A DNA stretch of 64,000 nucleotides from Alkalispirochaeta sp. (GTDB taxonomy: Bacteria > Spirochaetota > Spirochaetia > DSM-27196 > Alkalispirochaetaceae): positions 384,001 through 448,000 of the forward strand of contig CBDESZ010000018.1 of NCBI GenBank assembly GCA_965242725.1. Reading direction: 5' to 3'. The notes under the pieces were generated by a model. That model worked only from the letters and a program-made list of their open reading frames with translations. It made no database searches and was not told the origin of the DNA. Every line of letters starts with the position of its first letter. Within the stretch, counting starts at the first letter, position 1. This document shows, one piece after another, positions 1 through 11,200 of the stretch. The position numbers and the translations under genes were made by a program.

Positions 1-324
1 GGTTTTCTCTTTTCCGCGGTCCTGACCTCTCTCATTCTCCACAAAGGTTTTTCTCCCCCCGGGACGAACGGCAGCGACAGTGACGGTATTGAGACGCAGC
101 ACGGGGGCTACAACGATTTCCACCTCATTCTGGCGCTCTTCGTCGGGTTCCTTATGCCCTACCTCTTCGGTCTGCCCTGGTTGTCCTACACAACCGGTCT
201 CTCCCTGAAAGAGGCGCTCCCGATCGGAATGATTCCCTTTCTCCCCGGCGATCTTGTAAAAGGGATCCTTCTGTTCTTTCTTATCCGACGCATGCCACAG
301 TCGATATGGCGTCGCTTGAAATAA
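1..324 (+). CDS. bioY: Biotin transporter BioY (ECF S component), 5'-truncated by window edge
   Basis: Frame 1 is open to TAA at 322-324 and reads ...YLFGLPWLSYTTGLSLKEALPIGMIPFLPGDLVKG..., the typical BioY C-terminus (PF(I/L)PGD..K). It precedes ECF ATPase and T-component genes. Confidence 0.8.
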   Translation, partial: GFLFSAVLTSLILHKGFSPPGTNGSDSDGIETQHGGYNDFHLILALFVGFLMPYLFGLPWLSYTTGLSLKEALPIGMIPFLPGDLVKGILLFFLIRRMPQSIWRRLK

Positions 325-1016
325 CGGACCTCACCGTACGGCTCGGCGATCCAAAACGGACCGTTCTTGAAAAGGTCTCATTCCTCTGTGACGGGGGAAA
401 TATCCTGCTCATCCTTGGGGCAAACGGTTCCGGAAAGTCAGTGCTCCTCAGGACGCTTCTGGGACTGCATCAGGTGAAACGAGGGTCCGTCCTCCTCGAC
501 GGAAGCCCCCTGGCGCACAAGAAAGACGGCCTCTACCGTCGTTCCGGCGTAGCCCTGCAGAATCCGGATCATCAGATATTCGGTGATACCGTATTTGACG
601 ACCTGTGCATCGGCAGGACCCCCGATGACGTGCGACGCCACCCCGCCGTCGCGGCCTTTGGTCTCGACGCGCTCCTGAACGTTCCTCCCCATGAACTGAG
701 CGGCGGGCAGCGCAGACGTCTGGCACTTGCGGGTGCGTGTATCGCGTCAAGGGACTTTCTCTTTCTGGACGAACCCTTTATTGAGCTTGACTATCCTCAC
801 ATTCTCGTCCTCATAGACCAGATCAGGTACGCCCGGTCCCGGGGTTCCGTCGTGGTCGTCGCGTCCCATGAAACCCGTGACATATGGGAAATATCCGACC
901 GCGTCCTGCTTCTTCACGACGGGCGTCCCGTTGTCTACGGACCGCCGGATACGGTGCGTCCCTATGTGTCGCCCCGATACGGACTGAGACCGTTGGAATC
1001 GAGTGTGCGGACATGA
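306..1016 (+). CDS. ECF transporter ATP-binding protein (EcfA/CbiO/BioM-like)
   Basis: Walker A GANGSGKS, QNPDHQIFG motif, signature LSGGQ, Walker B FLFLDEP. Confidence 0.9.
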   Translation: MASLEITDLTVRLGDPKRTVLEKVSFLCDGGNILLILGANGSGKSVLLRTLLGLHQVKRGSVLLDGSPLAHKKDGLYRRSGVALQNPDHQIFGDTVFDDLCIGRTPDDVRRHPAVAAFGLDALLNVPPHELSGGQRRRLALAGACIASRDFLFLDEPFIELDYPHILVLIDQIRYARSRGSVVVVASHETRDIWEISDRVLLLHDGRPVVYGPPDTVRPYVSPRYGLRPLESSVRT

Positions 1017-1609
1017 AGGATGTCCTGGTCCTGCTGCACTTTCTCCTTGGTCAGATTCTGGTTCTGACCATTTCCCGCCTCCCCGCCGTTGCCGTGACCG
1101 TCATAGGCGCTGCGGCGGTGAACGTGGCGATCTCTCGACGTCGTGCAGGTATTTTTCGCCTGGCATTGGCCGTGGCCGTACTGACCGTACCGGTCCTCCT
1201 GGGGCAGCTTTTTTTTCTCGCCCCGACGGCGACGGTTGATCCGTCGGTGCTTCTGCGGGATTGGGGAGTGTACGCGTCACGATTACTTGCCGCAGCCTTG
1301 ATCGCCCGGGTCTATCTGATCAGCCGCGGTACCTCGGGAATACAACGGGGTCTGGCGGGAGTTACCCGTTTCCTGCCCCGTCGGGTTGCACAAACGATCG
1401 CCCTTGTAGCCGGTAGCGCACTTTTTCTCGTTCCCGTAGTGACCGTCTATCTCCGACGTACGCTGCAAATCGCGTCTATCCGCTTTCGCTCCGGCGGCAA
1501 GATGTCTATCAGAAAACGGTCGCGCGCCCTTGGCGCAACGTTGATACATCTTTCCCTCCTTCCCCAGAGACGCGCGGAAGGTATGGTCATACGGGGAATG
1601 GTGGAATGA
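1013..1609 (+). CDS. ECF transporter transmembrane T component (CbiQ/BioN-like)
   Basis: Hydrophobic protein with two Arg-containing C-terminal motifs (ASIR, MVIRG). ATG overlaps the ATPase stop (ATGA). Called partly from context. Confidence 0.65.
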   Translation: MKDVLVLLHFLLGQILVLTISRLPAVAVTVIGAAAVNVAISRRRAGIFRLALAVAVLTVPVLLGQLFFLAPTATVDPSVLLRDWGVYASRLLAAALIARVYLISRGTSGIQRGLAGVTRFLPRRVAQTIALVAGSALFLVPVVTVYLRRTLQIASIRFRSGGKMSIRKRSRALGATLIHLSLLPQRRAEGMVIRGMVE

Positions 1610-2091
1610 TTCACGTCGTCCTTGTGGAACCTGAAATACCGCCCAATACGGGCAATATCGCCAGGACCTGTGCCGCAACGGGCATCCCCCTTCATCTCGT
1701 TGAACCCCTCGGTTTTTCAATATCCGACCGCTACGTAAAACGGGCGGGACTTGACTATTGGAAGGACGTGGACCTCCATCTCCACCGCGACCTTCCCGCC
1801 TTTTTTACTTATGCGAAGGAAAGATGCGGCGCACCCTGGGAACCGGCCCTTCTCACCACCAAGGGCAGCCAACCGTATACCCGCATTTCCCTCCCCCCGG
1901 AGGGAAAAGACCTCTTCCTCCTTTTCGGTCCGGAAACGCGGGGTCTGCCGGCGGACCTTCTTGCGCGCTTTCCTGACAGGCGGTATCGTATTCCCATGGT
2001 GCCTGAGCGACGGTCACTGAATCTGAGCAATTCCGTCGCCGTCGTCGTTTACGATCTATTAAGACGCGCAGGCTTTGAGAGACTTGAATAA
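1606..2091 (+). CDS. trmL: tRNA (cytidine(34)-2'-O)-methyltransferase TrmL (SPOUT)
   Basis: PEIPPNTGNIARTCA, RAGLDYW, FGPETRGL, RSLNLSN motifs. Confidence 0.95.
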   Translation: MIHVVLVEPEIPPNTGNIARTCAATGIPLHLVEPLGFSISDRYVKRAGLDYWKDVDLHLHRDLPAFFTYAKERCGAPWEPALLTTKGSQPYTRISLPPEGKDLFLLFGPETRGLPADLLARFPDRRYRIPMVPERRSLNLSNSVAVVVYDLLRRAGFERLE

Positions 2092-2108
2092 CAAGTGAGG
2101 GTCACTGA

Positions 2109-2903
2109 ATGAAAAATATCGGAATTATCGGCACCGGCTACATGGGTACCGCCGTCATGCGCGGTATTCTGAAAACCGCACCGCACGTTCAGTTTGGAAT
2201 GGTGGAGAAAGACGGTTCCCGAAGGGATTACTGCACCCGTGAACTGGGAGCTCTCGACTTTACCGCCAAGCCGGCTGAGTTGTTCGGCTTTTCGGATATG
2301 GTAATCCTCGCAATCAAGCCCCAGGATCTGGAAAGCCTCGCAGATTCGATCGGAAAAATCGACGCCGATTCGCTCATACTCTCCATGCTGGCCGGTACTC
2401 CAATCACCCGTATCGGCGGACTTCTGGGAGTCAGGCGGATCATCAGAATCATGCCCAATCTGGCTGCGGACATCGGAAAGGCGGTGACGGGCATTACCTT
2501 TTCCCGGGAGATCGAATACGGAGTGCGAACCGAGGTCCACCGAATCCTCCAGGGGCTCGGGACCCTTCTTGAGGTGCGGGAGGATCAGCTCGCCGCGGTC
2601 ACCGGTATTTCCGGAAGCGGCATCGCCTTTGCCCTCGAGTTTATTGACGCCCTTGCAATGGGTGGTGTCCTTGAGGGACTTCCCTATGGCCAGGCGGTGC
2701 AGGCGGCAAGAGATGTCGTGGAATCCGCCGCGGCACTCATGAAGGAATCCGAATCCTCGCCGTCCGAGCTTGTCCGCCGGGTGTGTTCACCCGGTGGAAC
2801 GACCGTACAGGGTGTTCGTGCCCTCAAGGCGGGGCAGTTTGACGCAACGGTAATGACCGCAGTGGAAGCGGCAGCCCGACGCTCCAGGGAGCTTGAAGGA
2901 TAA
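2109..2903 (+). CDS. proC: Pyrroline-5-carboxylate reductase
   Basis: GTGYMG Rossmann motif, LAIKPQ, RIMPN, GSGIAF, VCSPGGTT. Confidence 0.95.
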   Translation: MKNIGIIGTGYMGTAVMRGILKTAPHVQFGMVEKDGSRRDYCTRELGALDFTAKPAELFGFSDMVILAIKPQDLESLADSIGKIDADSLILSMLAGTPITRIGGLLGVRRIIRIMPNLAADIGKAVTGITFSREIEYGVRTEVHRILQGLGTLLEVREDQLAAVTGISGSGIAFALEFIDALAMGGVLEGLPYGQAVQAARDVVESAAALMKESESSPSELVRRVCSPGGTTVQGVRALKAGQFDATVMTAVEAAARRSRELEG

Positions 2904-2959
2904 TCGCCGGAGCCGCGGCGACGCTTGTTTCAGACCACATACCTCAGATACTATATGCC

Positions 2960-4258
2960 ATGCTTGATCTCAAATTCGTACGGAACAACCCTGAACTCAT
3001 TAAAAAGAATATCAAAGACCGTAACGTGCAGGTTGACGTGGATGCGATCCTCCGACTCTATGACGGCCATCGCGAGGCGCTCCAGCGGGTGGAGGAACTT
3101 CGGACCAGGAGAAATGAAAACGCCGCCGCGATGAAGCAGCGCCTCTCCGAGGACGAGCGTAAAAGCCTGATCGATGAAGGCAAGCGCTTGAAGGAAGAGA
3201 TCGCCTCCCATGAAGGAGAGCTGAAGGAGCTCGAAAAGGAGCTTCACCGCGCCGCCGAGGCACTCCCGAACCTCACCCACCCGGAAACACCCGTTGGAGG
3301 CGACGATTCCGCAAACAGAGAGCTGGAAGTCGTCGGCACTCCCCGGACCTTTTCATTCGAACCCAGGGACCATGTGGAACTGGGAACGTCCCTCGACATC
3401 GTCGACTTTGAGCGCGCGGCGAAGGTCTCGGGAGCGAAGTTTTACTACCTCCGGAATGAAGGGGTCTTTCTTGAGCTGGCGCTCATACGATACGCCCTCG
3501 ACATTCTCAGGGAACGGGGATTCACCCCGATGATAACCCCCGATATCGCCCGCACCGACGTGGTTGCCGGAATCGGTTTCAATCCCCGGGGACCGGAGTC
3601 CAACATATACAATCTGGAAGATGAAGACACCAGTCTCGTGGGGACGGCGGAAATCACTCTCGGCGGGTATTATGCCGACGAGACGCTCCCGTCGGAGGAG
3701 CTGCCCCTTCGCATGGCGGGCCTCTCCCACTGCTTCCGGCGGGAAGCGGGTGCGGCCGGGCAGTTCTCACGAGGACTGTACAGGGTACATCAATTCACAA
3801 AGGTGGAGATGTTCATTCTCTGCCATCCTGACGACTCGGAACGCTTTCATGTGGAAATGCTTGAAACGGAAAAGGAAATATTTTCCAGTCTGGACATACC
3901 CTTCCGTGTCCTCGACATCTGCAGCGGCGATCTGGGCGGACCGGCGTACCGCAAATTCGATCTTGAAGCGTGGATGCCGGGGCGGGGAGAATCGGGAGAA
4001 TGGGGCGAGGTGACAAGCACCTCCAACTGCACCGACTTCCAAAGCCGCAGACTGAATGTGCGCTATCAGAAACTCCTGGAGAACGGAAAAAAGGAACGGG
4101 GATTTGTTCACCTCCTCAATGGCACCGCCGTCGCCGTCTCCCGGGCGATTATCGCGATTCTTGAGAACTTTCAGCGCTCCGACGGATCCGTGGAGATACC
4201 CCCGGCTCTCCGGAAGTATACCGGATTTGACGTCATTCAACCAAAAAAGATGGGCTGA
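2960..4258 (+). CDS. serS: Serine-tRNA ligase
   Basis: MLDLKFVR start, N-terminal coiled coil, GTAE, CFRREAG, GLYRVHQF, SNCTDFQSRRL, HLLNGT. Confidence 0.97.
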   Translation: MLDLKFVRNNPELIKKNIKDRNVQVDVDAILRLYDGHREALQRVEELRTRRNENAAAMKQRLSEDERKSLIDEGKRLKEEIASHEGELKELEKELHRAAEALPNLTHPETPVGGDDSANRELEVVGTPRTFSFEPRDHVELGTSLDIVDFERAAKVSGAKFYYLRNEGVFLELALIRYALDILRERGFTPMITPDIARTDVVAGIGFNPRGPESNIYNLEDEDTSLVGTAEITLGGYYADETLPSEELPLRMAGLSHCFRREAGAAGQFSRGLYRVHQFTKVEMFILCHPDDSERFHVEMLETEKEIFSSLDIPFRVLDICSGDLGGPAYRKFDLEAWMPGRGESGEWGEVTSTSNCTDFQSRRLNVRYQKLLENGKKERGFVHLLNGTAVAVSRAIIAILENFQRSDGSVEIPPALRKYTGFDVIQPKKMG

Positions 4259-4267
4259 GGAAGATCC

Positions 4268-5395
4268 ATGTTGATCCATCCACCCCGCATGATCGCGGAA
4301 ATAGGGACCGCCCATAGCGGGGACGTCGGTCGGGCAAAGGAACTCATATCCGCGGCGGCGGAGGCCGGTGCCGATACGGCGAAGTTCCAGCTGGTCATCG
4401 CCGACGAAATTCTCCATCCCCTCTCGGGCCCGGTAGATCTGCCGGGCGGCGCTTTTCCGCTGTATGAACGATTCAAGGAACTGGAACGGGATGTGGAGTT
4501 TTACCGCGAGCTGCAGGAGCTCTGTCACGAAGCGGGAATACAGTTCCTCTGCACGCCTTTCGGAGTGGAAAGCGCGCGCCACCTCTATTCCCTCGGCGTG
4601 GAGGAATACAAGATTGCCTCCCCTGAACTGAACCACCATCCCCTGATAAAGGAGATCGTTTCCTACCGGAAACCGATAATCCTGTCCACCGGTGTTTCCA
4701 GATTGCGGGACATCGGGGAAACCGTCGACTATATCGCGTCGCTCAACTCCGGTACGCCGCTCCAGCTCCTTCACTGTGTCACCTCGTATCCCGCCCGGGA
4801 GGAGGAATACAACCTCCGTGTCATTCCGGGGCTGGCATCGGTCTTCGGCATTCCCGTAGGCATCTCCGACCATTCAAGAGACGCGACGCTCGTTCCGGGC
4901 CTTGCGACGATTTTCGGTGCCGTTACGATAGAAAAGCATATAACCCTTGATCGTGACGCCAATGGGTTGGACGACCCCATTGCACTGGATCCCGAGGAGT
5001 TTGCGGAAATGGTGCGGGAAGTCACACGAATCGGGGAAGCTCTCGGGAACGCCACGGATCCTGTCGAACTGCAACGAATCAAAGAGGAACTGACCGCCGA
5101 CTACCGCGACCGCTTTGGTGAGGAACGGGTTGAAACCGTGCTCGGCGACGGTGTCAAGCGCCTTGCCGAAAGCGAAGTACGCCACTACGGCTACACAAAT
5201 CGAAGTATCCACGTTCTCCGCGACGTGACCGCCGGTACAACCCTCACCGAAAAGGATCTGGCCGTACTGAGAAGCGAAAAAAACCTGACTCCGGGTCTGC
5301 ATCCCCGCTACTGGGAGGTCATCCTGGGACGAAGGGTTTCAATGGACGTCCGTCCCGGCGAGGGACTGCGATGGGAGCACCTTTTCCGGGATTAG
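4268..5395 (+). CDS. N-acetylneuraminate synthase family protein (NeuB/SpsE-like) with C-terminal SAF domain
   Basis: AEIGTAH, AKFQ, KIAS, ILSTG, LHCVTSYP, SDH, IEKHITL motifs. Confidence 0.88.
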   Translation: MLIHPPRMIAEIGTAHSGDVGRAKELISAAAEAGADTAKFQLVIADEILHPLSGPVDLPGGAFPLYERFKELERDVEFYRELQELCHEAGIQFLCTPFGVESARHLYSLGVEEYKIASPELNHHPLIKEIVSYRKPIILSTGVSRLRDIGETVDYIASLNSGTPLQLLHCVTSYPAREEEYNLRVIPGLASVFGIPVGISDHSRDATLVPGLATIFGAVTIEKHITLDRDANGLDDPIALDPEEFAEMVREVTRIGEALGNATDPVELQRIKEELTADYRDRFGEERVETVLGDGVKRLAESEVRHYGYTNRSIHVLRDVTAGTTLTEKDLAVLRSEKNLTPGLHPRYWEVILGRRVSMDVRPGEGLRWEHLFRD

Positions 5396-5455
5396 GGGTG
5401 CCCCGCTCCCGACTCTCCCATCGCAGGCGTCCCTTCGCGACGACGCCTCACTGTA

Positions 5456-8170
5456 CTACGCAACCAGTTTTCGAAGAACCGTATGCAGAATACCGCCGTT
5501 GCGGTAATACTCCACCTCGACGGGTGTATCGATTCTGCAAATCGTCTCGATCGTGGACGTCGATCCATCCTCTTTTTTGACATCCACCATAACCGTCTGT
5601 CCCGGTTTCAGTGAATCATCGACGTGAATCGTATATGACTCTTTCCCGGTAAGTCCCAGGGAATCGGCGGACGCACCGTCCTTGAACTGCAGCGGCAGGA
5701 CGCCCATACCTACCAGGTTGCTCCTATGGATACGCTCAAAACTCTCGGCGATGACCGCCTTGATTCCCAGGAGCTGAACACCCTTTGCGGCCCAGTCACG
5801 GGAGGAGCCCATGCCGTAATCCTTGCCCGCCAGGACAATGGTCGGAATATCCGCATCTTTATAGCGTTCCGCCGCCTCAAAAATGCTTACAACTTCTCCG
5901 GTGGGTACATGAGTCGTCACGGACCCCTCAGTGTCGGGAGCCATGGCGTTCCGAAAACGGATATTGGCGAAGGTTCCCCGGGTCATGATCTTGTCATTGC
6001 CGCGTCTGCTTCCGTAGGAGTTGAAGTCCTTTCGCTCCACACCCCGGCCGACAAGGTACGATCCCGCCGGACTGTCCGGAGCGATCGCCCCCGCTGGAGA
6101 GATGTGGTCGGTGGTGATGCTGTCACCGGCCTTGACGAGAACCCGCGCCGATGTAATCTCCTCGATGGGTTTCACCGTGAGATCCATATCCTTGAAGAAC
6201 GGAGGTTCCTGAATGTAATCGGACTCCTCTTTCCAGTCATAGAGCGCCGATTCCGTGACGGGAATGGCGTTCCAGTCGGGATTAGAATCTTCAAGTCCCT
6301 GGTAACTCTTTATGAATGCATCACGGTCCAGGGCCTGGCGAACGTATTCCTGCAGTTCATCTGCGGTCGGCCAGATTTCGTGGAGATACACGGGATTCCC
6401 CGACTGATCGTGACCGATCGGATCGCTTGAGAGATTGATATCCACCGTACCGGCAACGGCGTAGGCTACGACAAGCGGCGGCGACATGAGGAAATTGGCC
6501 TTCGTGTGGGGGTTGATACGTCCCTCAAAATTACGGTTCCCCGAAAGAACACCGGCGACGACGAGATCCTCCGCTTCGATCGCCTTTGCAATGTTTTCCG
6601 GTACGGGTCCACTGTTCCCTATGCAGGTGGTGCAGCCGTACCCGACAAGATAAAATCCGAGTTTTTCAAGATATGTCATCAACCCGGTACGCTGAAGGTA
6701 TTCGGTGACCACCATCGATCCCGGAGCAAAACTCGTCTTGATCCACGGCTTTCGGGTCAGTCCCTTTTCCACGGCTTTCTTTGCGAGAAGCCCCGCGCCG
6801 AGAAGGACACTCGGGTTGCTCGTATTTGTACAACTTGTAATGGCGGCTATGACCACGTCGCCGTGGGTGAGCTCCTTGCGGGATCCCTCATCCATGACGG
6901 CAGGTGAACTCTTCCGTATGTCCCCGTCGTCCAGGCCGTATCCGCCCTTTGCCACGGGAGCGCGAAGCATTGCCCGCCACGCGTCCTTGACGTTCTTCAC
7001 GGCGATCCGATCCTGGGGACGTTTCGGACCGGCAATGCTCGGTTCAATCTCATCAAGGTTCAGTTCAAGGACAGCCTCAAATTCCGGATCCGGCGTATCG
7101 TCTGTACGGAACATTTCCTGGGCCCTGGCATACTGTTCCACCGTTTTGATCTGCTCCTCCGGTCTGCCCGTTGCCCACATATAATCAAGAGTCTGCTGGT
7201 CTATCGGGAAATATCCCATCGTCGCGCCGTACTCGGGAGCCATGTTCGATATCGTCGCCCTGTCGGGAACGGTCATTTCACTCAACCCCGGTCCGAAGAA
7301 CTCGACAAACTTGCCGACAACGCCGTGTTTACGGAGCATTTCGGTTATACGAAGGACCAGGTCCGTCGCGGTGATACCCGGGCGAAGTTTTCCGGTAATC
7401 TTCACCCCCACTACCGCCGGCGCGAGGACGTATATCGGTTGCCCCAGCATCGCCGCTTCCGCCTCAATGCCGCCGACACCCCATCCGACGACACCAAGCC
7501 CGTTGATCATCGGAGTGTGGCTGTCGGTTCCAACAAGAGAATCAAAATAGGCTACCCTGCTGCCGTCAACGTCGCGCACCTGAACGCCTTTTCCGAGATA
7601 TTCAAGGTTCACCTGATGGCAGATGCCGCTCGCAGGGGGAACGACTGAAAAATTCTCAAATGCCCCCTGCCCCCATCGCAGAAATTCGTATCGCTCGCGG
7701 TTCCGCTGAAACTCAAGTTCCGCGTTCTTGCGAAGCGCCTCACTGCTGTTGAAGAAATCGACCTGAACCGAATGGTCGATAACGAGGTCTACAGGTAATT
7801 CAGGATTGATTTTTGCCGGATCGCCGCCGAGACGTGATACGGCGTTGCGCATCGCCGCCAGGTCGACGACGCTGGGAACGCCGGTGAAATCCTGCAGCAG
7901 TACACGTGCCGGCTTAAAGGGTAATTCAACTTTTGCCGGGCCGGCGGGATTGTAATTCCCAATGGCGTCGATATGTTCTTTGGTGACTTCATAACCGTCT
8001 TCATGACGTAAAATGGATTCCAACAGGACCCGTATTGAAAACGGCAGCTTCCGGACATTTGGAAATACCGTTTCAGCGAGATGGGCGACGCTGTAGTACT
8101 GTACATCTCCCAATGCGGTTTGCATTGTCTGCTTTGAATTGTAACTATTTCCCACTGAGGTTTGGCTCAT
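5456..8170 (-). CDS. acnA: Aconitate hydratase A
   Basis: [59 protein letters not shown]. Confidence 0.97.
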   Translation of the reverse strand: MSQTSVGNSYNSKQTMQTALGDVQYYSVAHLAETVFPNVRKLPFSIRVLLESILRHEDGYEVTKEHIDAIGNYNPAGPAKVELPFKPARVLLQDFTGVPSVVDLAAMRNAVSRLGGDPAKINPELPVDLVIDHSVQVDFFNSSEALRKNAELEFQRNRERYEFLRWGQGAFENFSVVPPASGICHQVNLEYLGKGVQVRDVDGSRVAYFDSLVGTDSHTPMINGLGVVGWGVGGIEAEAAMLGQPIYVLAPAVVGVKITGKLRPGITATDLVLRITEMLRKHGVVGKFVEFFGPGLSEMTVPDRATISNMAPEYGATMGYFPIDQQTLDYMWATGRPEEQIKTVEQYARAQEMFRTDDTPDPEFEAVLELNLDEIEPSIAGPKRPQDRIAVKNVKDAWRAMLRAPVAKGGYGLDDGDIRKSSPAVMDEGSRKELTHGDVVIAAITSCTNTSNPSVLLGAGLLAKKAVEKGLTRKPWIKTSFAPGSMVVTEYLQRTGLMTYLEKLGFYLVGYGCTTCIGNSGPVPENIAKAIEAEDLVVAGVLSGNRNFEGRINPHTKANFLMSPPLVVAYAVAGTVDINLSSDPIGHDQSGNPVYLHEIWPTADELQEYVRQALDRDAFIKSYQGLEDSNPDWNAIPVTESALYDWKEESDYIQEPPFFKDMDLTVKPIEEITSARVLVKAGDSITTDHISPAGAIAPDSPAGSYLVGRGVERKDFNSYGSRRGNDKIMTRGTFANIRFRNAMAPDTEGSVTTHVPTGEVVSIFEAAERYKDADIPTIVLAGKDYGMGSSRDWAAKGVQLLGIKAVIAESFERIHRSNLVGMGVLPLQFKDGASADSLGLTGKESYTIHVDDSLKPGQTVMVDVKKEDGSTSTIETICRIDTPVEVEYYRNGGILHTVLRKLVA

Positions 8171-8190
8171 TCCTATCTCTCCTTAAGGTT

Positions 8191-8242
8191 ATTATACTGA
8201 CCCTACGGGGTAGTCGACTACACCATAGGCCCGTGGTATAGT
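8191..8242. promoter_or_regulatory. Overlapping divergent sigma70-type promoters around a 12-bp palindrome
   Basis: Plus strand: TCGACT(8214-19)-17 bp-TATAGT(8237-42) with TG extension. Minus strand: TATAAT at 8191-96. Palindrome GTAGTCGACTAC at 8210-8221. Confidence 0.5.
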
Positions 8243-8258
8243 GCGGGCGGGAGAGTTT

Positions 8259-11200
8259 ATGGTTACTGATAAATTCAACAATACCGAAGTCCTGCGGTCT
8301 CTCTATTCGACGATGGTTACGGCTCGTCACATGGACCTTATCGAGCAGAGCTATACGTCCCGGGGTGAAGCTTTTTTCCACGTCTCCGGTGCGGGGCACG
8401 AGGGCTCCATTGCCCTGTTTCCCCATTTGACCGAACATGACTGGCTTCACTGCCATTACCGCGACAAGGCGCTCATGCTTGCCCGGGGAATTTCTCCCTA
8501 CATGTTCTTTCTCAGTCTCTTCAACAAGGACGAATCCCACTCCCGGGGTCGACAGATGAACGCCCATATGAGCGACCCTGAGCGAAAGGTGTTGAGCATC
8601 GTCGGACCCGTCGGAAACAGTGCCCTCCAGGCGGTGGGCGTCGCGGAAATGGTGAAAGATGATGAAACCAACCCGCTCGTCCTGTGTGCCCTCGGAGAGG
8701 GAATGACCCAGGAGAGCGAGGTCCTTGAGGCGATCGGTCACGCCGTACGGGAAACGCTACCGGTCCTCTTCGTCGTTCAGGACAACAAGTACGCCATATC
8801 CACAAAGACGACAGGTAAGACATTCTATTCCCGCCCCTCCGGCGAGGCGGATGAGTTTTACGGCGTGCCCATTACCCGCATAGACGGAAGAAAGGTTCCC
8901 GACGCGGTTACACACTTCGGGACACTTGTCGATGCCATCCGCCGCGACAGGGGACCCCGGATCGTCATCTTTGAGGTGGAACGGCTTCACAATCACACAA
9001 ACGCAGACGATCAGCGGGTCTACCGTAATCCCGATGAAATCGCGGCGGCCGCAGAAACGGGGGACCCCGTGGCACTGCTTCGGGCCCAGCTCATGGCTGC
9101 CGGAGTGAATGAAGACGAGCTTACCACCGAGGAGGAGGAGATTCGGACTCGCCTCGAGGGAGAAGCGCGTCGCGCCCAGATGAGTGCCGAGCCGACGCCC
9201 GTCCACGGCGCCAAGGCGCCCCTTCCGGCCCGCCTTGAGGAGCGCAGCGGCGAGTACACCGGAGACGGCGAGGACTCACTGGTCATGCTCGAGGCGATCC
9301 GGGAAGTACTGGATGCCCGAATGGCACAGGACGACCGGGTCACCCTCTTTGGAGAGGATATCGAAGACCCCAAGGGCGACGTCTTTGGTATCACCCGGGG
9401 ACTGGGGAAAAAATACGGAAAGAGAATCAGAAACAGCCCCTTGAGCGAATCTCTTATTCTGGGAGTCTCCATAGGAAGGGCCCTCGCGGGGGGACGTCCG
9501 GTGGCGTTTCTTCAATTTGCCGACTTCCTGCCCATCGCGTACAACCAGATTTTTTCTGAACTGGGGAGTATGTACTGGCGAAGCGACGGAGGCTGGAAGG
9601 TACCGTTGATCGTCATGGTGACCGCCGGCGGCTATCGTCCCGGACTTGGACCGTTTCACGCATCCACCCTGGAGGCGCTCGTCGCCCATACGCCGGGCGT
9701 GGATGTTGTCATGCCGTCCACGGCGGGCGATGCGGCGGGACTGCTCAACGCCGCCTTTGAATCGGAGCGTCCGACAATCTTTTTCTATCCAAAGAATCAG
9801 CTGAACGATCGCGCCCGTATGACAAGTTCCGACGTGGCGAGACAGATCGTACCCCTCGGTGTGTCCCGACGTGTACGGGAGGGTTCGGACCTCACGATCG
9901 TGGCCTACGGCAATACCGTTCCCCTTGCCCAACGTGCTGCGGATGAGCTGGCAGACCAGGGTGTGTCCGTTGATCTTCTCGATCTGCGGAGTATCGTACC
10001 CTGGGACGAGGATGGGGTACTGAAGAGTGTAGACCGTACCGGTCGGCTCATTGTGACCCACGAGGACAACCATACCGCCGGATTCGGCGCCGAGGTTATC
10101 GCGACCATCGCCGAAAAAAGCCGTCGTCACATCGCCGCTCGCCGGGTCACCCGGGGAGACACCTATGTGCCCTGTAATTTCGGGAACCAGTTGGATGTTC
10201 TCCCGTCGTACAAGCGCATACTTGAGACGGCGGTGGAACTTCTGGGGGGAAGTATCGTCTGGAAACGGGACGACGCGGCGGAAAGCGGCGTCTTTGAGGT
10301 GGAAGCGATCGGTTCCAGCCCGTCCGACGAGACGGTAACGGTGGTGGAGTGGAAAGTTAAACCGGGCGATGTTGTAAAGGAGGGAGACCTCCTCGCCGAC
10401 GTCGAGGCCGACAAGGCCGCGACTGAATTGAAATCCCCCGTCTCGGGGACGGTGTCGGAACTCATTATAGAAGAGGGTGATAACGTCCCGGTGGGTACGC
10501 CGATCCTGCGAGTCAAAACGGCGGAAAACGAACCCGTTCATGTCAAACCGCTGACAAGGGAAAATCCCGGAACTCCCGTCATTACCGGAATCGGTCGGGA
10601 CGAAGGCGACGCTCCCGGGGGATCCACCCCGGCAGCTTCCTCCGTCCCGGTAGCCGCCACGGTGCGACGTGTCGACGGGCCGGTCTGTCTCATCGCAGGT
10701 ACCGCCGTCCGGAAGGGATCACGAATCGTCGAAAACGCGGAAATCGCAACGATGACTCCCGACTGGGAAGGCGACGACATCGAGAAACGGACGGGCATTG
10801 CCAGGCGCCACTGGGTCGTCCCGGGAGAGGACACGCTCACCCTCGCCGTCGATGCGAGTCGGGAGCTCCTGGATTCCAAAGAGATCGATATTTCGGACAT
10901 CGGCTTGATCATCTTTTCGACAGGTACCCCGACAAGCACCACTCCCTCTATGGCGGCGCTCCTGCAGCACGCGCTGAATACGGAGGGCGTAGACATATCA
11001 TGTCCCGCCTACGACATCAACGCCGCGTGTTCGGGATACATATACGGACTGCAGATCGCATGGGACTTTCTGAGCAACAGCCCGGACAGACTGGTTCTTC
11101 TGGTGACCAGTGAAGTCCTCAGTCCCCGTCTGGATATGCGCGACGGAGGTACGGCACCGATATTTGGCGACGCCGCAACGGCCACCCTCATCGGCGGTTC

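Noticed and set aside
9276..10541. Long antisense ORFs (e.g. 9276-10541, 3767-4873, 32522-33535, 29381-30307)
   Set aside because: Shadow frames opposite well-supported genes, expected from high-GC codon bias, with no recognisable motifs.
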